From assembly GCA_051439505.1 (NCBI GenBank), contig JBFRWI010000058.1, positions 1 to 43,379 of the forward strand: a stretch of DNA of 43,379 nucleotides, read 5' to 3'. The translations under genes and the position numbers were made by a program. Positions 37,935 to 43,379 of the stretch are shown piece by piece. Numbering within the stretch: the first letter of the stretch is position 1; each line of letters opens with the position of its first letter. The notes under the pieces are model-generated. The model was given only the letters and a program-made list of their open reading frames with translations, made no database searches and was not told the DNA's origin. The stretch is from Hormoscilla sp. Lineage in GTDB: Bacteria > Cyanobacteriota > Cyanobacteriia > Cyanobacteriales > Desertifilaceae.

Positions 37935-38717
37935 ATGAACAAGAAACAGATTACAGTGTTTGGTCTAGCATCAGTAACCTTGACTCTGCAAATGATGCTC
38001 TCAGGTGGCTCTTCCGCCTTAGCTGCGACCTTCGGGAATGATTCACTCCAGAATCTGTTTGACGACATCACGATATCTGGACCGGGAATTGACACGGTAA
38101 ACGATCAGACTGGTTACGATGTGTTTACCAACACTGCCACGGGCAACTCGACATCAAGCTTGATGTTCGAGTTCGCCGAAGGAGACCCAAATAGCAAGTT
38201 CGGGATCTATAACCGGAAGAAGCCCGGGGAAAAGGTGCAGCTTTTTGGTGGCTCTAATTATTCCGGGGCGAGCAGCACGGTACGATTTACGGGCAGCCAG
38301 ATAGGTGTCACGACTTGGCAAATCGATCCGAATAGTGGCGAGTTTGTCTTAGATCCTCTGCCTAGCTTTCAGTCCTACGACTACAGTTGGAACAAGTTCG
38401 GTTTTTACCTTGAAAAAGCCGATGGCACTACTCTCTACACTCAAGACGCCCTCAACGGCGGTTACCAACAGGCTGTGATTTATGAGGGAGATGATGAGAC
38501 TGTCCTTGACTTGCCAGGACGCCGTTCGGGGACTTTTACCGATAATGAGTTCATCATCGCTTTTGAGGATGAATGGTTGGGCGGTGTTAGCGACAGCGAC
38601 TACGATAATTTTGTGGTCATGGTGGAGTCCGTTGAACCCGTTCCCGAACCTGGGACGATCGCAGGTTTGGGCCTTGTTGCTGTTTCCCTGTTGGCAACTC
38701 GCCGTCGCAAGTCGTAG
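37935..38717 (+). CDS. PEP-CTERM sorting-domain exoprotein (DUF4114-like)
   Basis: Signal peptide, IAFED...SDSDYDNFVV and C-terminal VPEPGTIAGLGLVAVSLLATRRRKS. Confidence 0.92.
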   Translation: MNKKQITVFGLASVTLTLQMMLSGGSSALAATFGNDSLQNLFDDITISGPGIDTVNDQTGYDVFTNTATGNSTSSLMFEFAEGDPNSKFGIYNRKKPGEKVQLFGGSNYSGASSTVRFTGSQIGVTTWQIDPNSGEFVLDPLPSFQSYDYSWNKFGFYLEKADGTTLYTQDALNGGYQQAVIYEGDDETVLDLPGRRSGTFTDNEFIIAFEDEWLGGVSDSDYDNFVVMVESVEPVPEPGTIAGLGLVAVSLLATRRRKS

Positions 38718-38901
38718 GGTGGGCATCGTCCACCAATAACGGGCGATCGGGCCTCGGAGCGATCGCCCGGTAAGCGCGCTTTGCACTTACTACGAACCGT
38801 AAGGCTCAAGCACTTACTACGAACGGATATTCTCACACTTTTTTCTCATGAGGAGGCGATCGCCTCTTCATGAGTTCCTAGAAGCTTTGCTGTGCGATGA
38901 T

Positions 38902-39089
38902 GGGTGTGGTCAAAAGAGTTGATAGCTGATATGTAATATAGCCCGCGCAGGCGGGCTTTGTACCTGTAGCCGGGCCCTTTAGGGTTCGGGCGGGGAGGTC
39001 AAGTACCAACTGCGGGCTTTGTACCTGTAGCCGGGCCCTTTAGGGTTCGGGCGGGGAGGTCAAGTACCAACTGACGCATGACCACACCC
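38902..39089. mobile_element. MITE with 11-bp perfect TIRs GGGTGTGGTCA/TGACCACACCC and an internal 61-nt tandem duplication
   Basis: TIRs at 38902-38912 and 39079-39089; duplicated units 38951-39011 and 39012-39072; related left ends at 13986 (+) and about 15399 (-). Confidence 0.75.
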
Positions 39090-39189
39090 GTGATTGAGGA
39101 AAATATGGATTTACAGACAACTAAAATTGAAGATATTATAATAGGAGAGCGCTAATAAGCGTGGAAAAAAACTAAGCAGTAAAGTAAAT

Positions 39190-40299
39190 GTGATGAATAA
39201 GCACAACAGCAAACCCAAAAGGTTTGTCATATTATTGCTCTGTGCAGCGCTGATCGTAACCCTGTCCAGCAGCGCCTATGCTAGTTGGCGGCATTCCCAA
39301 CGCCTGCCAGATGATACTAGCACCACAATAGAAAAGCCAGCTCCAGAAACGATCGGGCAAGGACTGCCTGTAAGTCGAGAGGCCATTGAAAGACAACTGG
39401 AAGAGTTGCGCGGTTTGGCAGAATCTCAAGGAATTGATATCGATCTGGGCTACAATTCCGCCATGGAGCGATCGCTCTCAGATTTAGCGGGAACGGTACT
39501 GCCAGAAAACTTGCCAGAACTAGCTAGCCAGCAAAATACCTTGGCCGATCGAATCATGAGTGGTCTTTCTGCGACTGAAGGACAAAGGCGAGGGGCTTGT
39601 CAAGCAAGTGCCAGGGCATTTGACTGGCGCGATGAAGGCGTCGTGACGCCAGTGCGAGATCAGGGCAGTTGTGGCAGCTGCTGGGCCTTCGCCACGACCG
39701 CCGCTTTCGAGTCCAGCGCTTTATACCACAACCGCATCAGATATAGCGCTCTCATTGGTACCCTAGCTGATGGCTCAGAACAGCATATTCTCAGCTGTAG
39801 CGATGCAGGCAGTTGTGGTGGCGGTTCGCCCGGCCAGGCATTTCAGTTTATGTCTGAAAATGGCATCTGGATAGAACAAGTGTTTCGCTATGAAGGCCGC
39901 GATAAGTCTTGTCCAATAGACCCTACCAGTCCCCTGAATATCGGTCGGCTTCTGAAAGCTACAGCTTGGGGATATGTGAGAAGCGATGGCGGCATTCCCC
40001 CAGTATCTCAGATGAAAGAAGCTTTGTGCGAACATGGTCCCTTATCTATTACGGTAAATGCTACCCGTCTGTTTCAAGCTTACAGGACAGGAGTGTTTAG
40101 CGAGAACGACCCCGGAAGAATTAACCACGCTATCACTCTGGTCGGTTGGGATGACAGCAAACAAGCCTGGTTAATCAAGAATTCCTGGGGCACAGACTGG
40201 GGTGAAAAGGGCTATATGTGGATTCGCTACGGCAGTAATCAAGTGGGTCGGGCTGCTGCTTGGGTCGATGCGAGAGAATATGTTCCCCTGGGGCTATAG
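39190..40299 (+). CDS. Secreted papain-family (C1A) cysteine protease
   Basis: Signal peptide, [26 protein letters not shown] and [14 protein letters not shown]. Confidence 0.95.
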   Translation: MMNKHNSKPKRFVILLLCAALIVTLSSSAYASWRHSQRLPDDTSTTIEKPAPETIGQGLPVSREAIERQLEELRGLAESQGIDIDLGYNSAMERSLSDLAGTVLPENLPELASQQNTLADRIMSGLSATEGQRRGACQASARAFDWRDEGVVTPVRDQGSCGSCWAFATTAAFESSALYHNRIRYSALIGTLADGSEQHILSCSDAGSCGGGSPGQAFQFMSENGIWIEQVFRYEGRDKSCPIDPTSPLNIGRLLKATAWGYVRSDGGIPPVSQMKEALCEHGPLSITVNATRLFQAYRTGVFSENDPGRINHAITLVGWDDSKQAWLIKNSWGTDWGEKGYMWIRYGSNQVGRAAAWVDAREYVPLGL

Positions 40300-40314
40300 T
40301 GATACGCTCCAGAC

Positions 40315-40348
40315 GTAGGTTGGGTAACGTTGCAGAAACCCAACCTAC
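40315..40348. repeat. GTAG-type REP-like hairpin between convergent genes
   Basis: gtaggttgggt-N12-acccaacctac. Confidence 0.75.
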
Positions 40349-40365
40349 AACTCGTCCGTACATCT

Positions 40366-41184
40366 TTACCAATCAATCTCCGCCGGATCGACTCCCAACT
40401 CACGCAAGCGATCGGCCAACTTCTTAGCCTTTCTTTGAGCAGCAGCAGCTTCTTGTTTCGCCTCAGCAGCTTCTTTTTGCGCCCGCAAAGCTTTTGTCTT
40501 GGCGATCGAAACTGCCTCCCTGGGAACCGGAATTAACTTTCCCCCCTCTGTCATCCACCGCAACCAGAGACGATTAACATGTTCGTGCTTACCTCGCCAC
40601 AAACCCAAGCTCAAGCCTAACTCTGGTATCCACCAGCGCCCATCAGTCATTGCCATTTCTTTATAATGACCGCCAACCAGATAAAAAGCTTGTAGATCGC
40701 TATTATAGCGATTGAAGACAAAATAGTAGGGAACCCGCAATATTTGCTCGTAGACAACCCATTTGGTCGGCGGTTTGCCAGACCCGATCGCAGTCCGGCC
40801 CAAATCTTCATCTTCTGTGCCTGGAGACAATAATTCCACAACCACGGAAGGACTGACTTTCTCTTGCCAGATCAGATAACTTAAACGCAAATCGCGACCG
40901 TGATAGAGTCGAGGCACTCCCACAACCCCAAACCAATCGGGACGTTTATACCATTCGGGATGATTTAAGTCATAGTAGAGATTGAGGCTGCAAGCACTGT
41001 AAGCTGATTTACCACTACAAGTAGTTGGGATAAAAGTAAGATAGAGCAGCAGGGTTTGGAGAAAGTGAAAATCATCTGGCTGTTCCTCCTGATTTTTGCT
41101 AGGTAGATCGTACATAGTTGGCAAAGTTTGCCAAGCTGGAAGCGATAGTTTCGCTTGAGTAGGTAGATGAATTGAAACAGTCAT
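40366..41184 (-). CDS. Uma2 family endonuclease
   Basis: LPTMYDLPS, YKRPDWFGVVG, VVELLSPGT, KW.VYEQILRVPYY and coiled-coil tail LRELGVDP. Confidence 0.9.
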   Translation of the reverse strand: MTVSIHLPTQAKLSLPAWQTLPTMYDLPSKNQEEQPDDFHFLQTLLLYLTFIPTTCSGKSAYSACSLNLYYDLNHPEWYKRPDWFGVVGVPRLYHGRDLRLSYLIWQEKVSPSVVVELLSPGTEDEDLGRTAIGSGKPPTKWVVYEQILRVPYYFVFNRYNSDLQAFYLVGGHYKEMAMTDGRWWIPELGLSLGLWRGKHEHVNRLWLRWMTEGGKLIPVPREAVSIAKTKALRAQKEAAEAKQEAAAAQRKAKKLADRLRELGVDPAEIDW

Positions 41185-41360
41185 ATTATTTGCATCTTAC
41201 TTTGGCGGTAGGCGCAGCATTTTGGCATAGCACAGAGAAACTATTTTCCCTCTAGTTACTGCCAGAATGATTCGCTCCTACACGGACATGGAAAAAAAAT
41301 GAGATGCACCCTGTTATGTTCTTTTTCGTCTCAAGAACGCTGTCAAGCCCGATCGGGAGT

Positions 41361-41630
41361 CTAATCCATCTCCGCAGGATTAAATCCAAACTCTTGCAAT
41401 AGCTGCGCCAACTTTATTGGGGATGATTTACATCATAGTAGATATAGATACTGCAAGCACTGTAAGTTAGTTCCAGACTATATTGGCTGAAAAGTGAGAT
41501 AGAGTAGCAGAGTTTGGAGAAAGTGAAATTCATCTGGCCAACCAGGTTCGGAGGGATATTCGCTAGGTAAATCGTACAGGGTTGGCAAAGTTTGCCAAGA
41601 TTCAATAGATAGGTGAGTTGAGACAGCCAT
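41361..41630 (-). pseudogene. Internally deleted, frameshifted Uma2 paralogue
   Basis: MAVSTHLSIESWQTLPTLYDLPSEYPSEPGWPDEFHFLQTLLLYLTFQP / YSACSIYIYYDVNHPQ* / KLAQLLQEFGFNPAEMD*, matching both ends of the adjacent gene. Confidence 0.85.
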
Positions 41631-41779
41631 GGGTAAGATGAGAAATGATATAATACATTGTTCGTAGTGAGGACTTTAGTCCTCCGTTTGTAGTGAGGAC
41701 TTTAGTAGGACAGAGATTAAGGGCTTGACGAAAATTGAACCGTTATCTAGTATCGGTAGCATCGGGTGGGCGGTCCCCA

Positions 41780-41822
41780 CCCGACAATTCGCAATTAGCG
41801 CCCGACAATTCGCAATTAGCGC
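41780..41822. repeat. 21-nt direct tandem duplication
   Basis: cccgacaattcgcaattagcg x2. Confidence 0.85.
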
Positions 41823-41896
41823 TGGGCAAGCAGAAACCATTGTGCCCGCAACAGGTTAAGATGCTAGTCTGACAACCCCTAAACCCGAAAGTATAG

Positions 41897-42880
41897 ATGG
41901 CAGAAACATTATTCTTCAACGCCCTGCGGGCAGCTATAGACGAAGAAATGGCCCGTGACCCCTCAGTGTTCGTGCTTGGAGAAGATGTGGGACATTACGG
42001 CGGCTCCTACAAAGTTACCAAAGACCTGTACGAAAAATATGGCGAACTTAGGGTTCTCGATACCCCGATCGCGGAAAATAGCTTCACCGGTATGGCAGTA
42101 GGTGCGGCCATGACTGGGTTGCGCCCGATCATTGAAGGTATGAATATGGGCTTTTTGCTCCTGGCCTTCAACCAAATCTCTAATAATGCTGGTATGCTGC
42201 GCTACACCTCCGGTGGTAATTTCAAAATTCCCATGGTCATACGCGGCCCCGGTGGCGTCGGGCGTCAACTGGGCGCAGAACATTCCCAGCGACTGGAAGC
42301 TTATTTCCAAGCAGTCCCGGGTCTGAAAATCGTGGCCTGCTCCACCCCCTACAATGCTAAAGGACTGCTAAAATCAGCCATTCGCGACGATAACCCCGTA
42401 CTTTTCTTCGAGCATGTCCTGCTTTACAACTTGAAAGAACACCTGCCACAGCAGGAATATCTGCTACCCCTGGATAAAGCGGAAGTGGTTCGCACCGGTT
42501 CCGACGTGACTATCCTGACTTACTCCCGGATGCGCCACCATGTCCTGCAAGCAGTGAAAACCCTGGAAAAAGAGGGTTTAGACCCCGAGGTGATAGACCT
42601 ATTATCTCTCAAACCCCTAGACTTTGAAACTATTGGCGCTTCTGTGCGCAAAACCCATCGGGTGATTATCGTCGAAGAATGCATGAAAACTGGTGGCATT
42701 GGCGCAGAATTGATCGCCTCCATTAACGAACGGTTGTTTGACGAACTGGATGCGCCAGTGCTGCGGCTTTCTTCCCAGGATATCCCCACCCCTTATAATG
42801 GTACCCTGGAAAACCTGACGATCGTCCAACCCGCGCAAATAGTAGAAGCGGTGCAGAAAATGGCGACTTTACAGATTTGA
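41897..42880 (+). CDS. pdhB: Pyruvate dehydrogenase E1 beta subunit
   Basis: [37 protein letters not shown] and FFEHVLLY. Confidence 0.98.
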   Translation: MAETLFFNALRAAIDEEMARDPSVFVLGEDVGHYGGSYKVTKDLYEKYGELRVLDTPIAENSFTGMAVGAAMTGLRPIIEGMNMGFLLLAFNQISNNAGMLRYTSGGNFKIPMVIRGPGGVGRQLGAEHSQRLEAYFQAVPGLKIVACSTPYNAKGLLKSAIRDDNPVLFFEHVLLYNLKEHLPQQEYLLPLDKAEVVRTGSDVTILTYSRMRHHVLQAVKTLEKEGLDPEVIDLLSLKPLDFETIGASVRKTHRVIIVEECMKTGGIGAELIASINERLFDELDAPVLRLSSQDIPTPYNGTLENLTIVQPAQIVEAVQKMATLQI

Positions 42881-42901
42881 TCTGGCGATAGTTCGTAGTT
42901 C

Positions 42902-42922
42902 GTAGGGTGGGCACCGCCCACC
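42902..42922. repeat. GTAGGGTGGGCA..GCCCACC REP-like repeat (relatives near 30762, 38714 and 41765)
   Basis: gtagggtgggcaccgcccacc just after the pdhB stop. Confidence 0.7.
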
Positions 42923-43379
42923 AGATGCTACGGCGACTAGATAACTGTTCCATTGGTCGTAAGTTCTTAACCTGGTCCGACTGAAGTCCTCCCTACAAAC
43001 GGGATATCATCATATCTTTTATTGCAGAGTTGCGATCGAGTTGGCCCAAAAACTTACAGATATGGGCATATTTGGGGTAATTCTCCCCTGCGAGCGGGAC
43101 TCCAGCTGCGGGAATCTCTCATCGGATCGCTCGTTCCGTATTATTGCCATAGCCGGCGCTCGTCTTACTTGAGAGCGGCAAATCTGGTATATTACTTGCT
43201 TTTTGTGAGGCAAGTCCACTAAGCTAGAAAAAAGCAGCACCGTAGGCTAGCCCTCTTGCATAAAATCCGGTAATTTCTGACCAATGTTAAAATTATCTCC
43301 CTCGGGAAGATGCAAGCGTGCAGGTCCAGGATCAGACCTACGTTAGGGGGGTCATGACACCTAGGGGTGAGCGCCAGCC

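Noticed and set aside
43075..43105. CRISPR-repeat-like fragment aattctcccctgcgagcgggac
   Set aside because: Partial, single copy, and no matching repeat in the remaining sequence.

Overview
Chromosomal window from a cyanobacterium: the HIP1 octamer GCGATCGC is abundant and chlI is present. The amiC-murI-sds-hetZ-patU block points to a filamentous strain, but the species cannot be fixed from this window. Most genes are housekeeping or conserved cyanobacterial genes: nitrilase-family amidase, Na+/H+ antiporter, amiC, murI, sds, hetZ, patU, a TgpA-like protein, ruvC, chlI, a CHASE2 Ser/Thr kinase, dapB, cobH-like, TPM/DUF948/YtxH genes, an SLH protein, ComFB, a sugar transferase, a PEP-CTERM protein, a papain-like protease, Uma2 and pdhB. 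The stand-out is an orphan 8.2-kb NRPS (22256-30486, minus strand) with the architecture C-VOC-FkbH-T-C-A(Gln-type code, with a PilZ-like insertion)-T-TE, split by a frameshift. Features missed by the ORF track are a frameshifted cNMP-histidine kinase, a decayed MNT-HEPN toxin-antitoxin pair cut by a MITE end at the toxin active site, an internally deleted Uma2 copy, a lone CRISPR-like repeat beside a 22-nt hairpin tandem array, and several MITE/REP/SDR-like repeats, two of which sit in-frame inside the NRPS. All calls come from reading motifs by eye; no searches were run.
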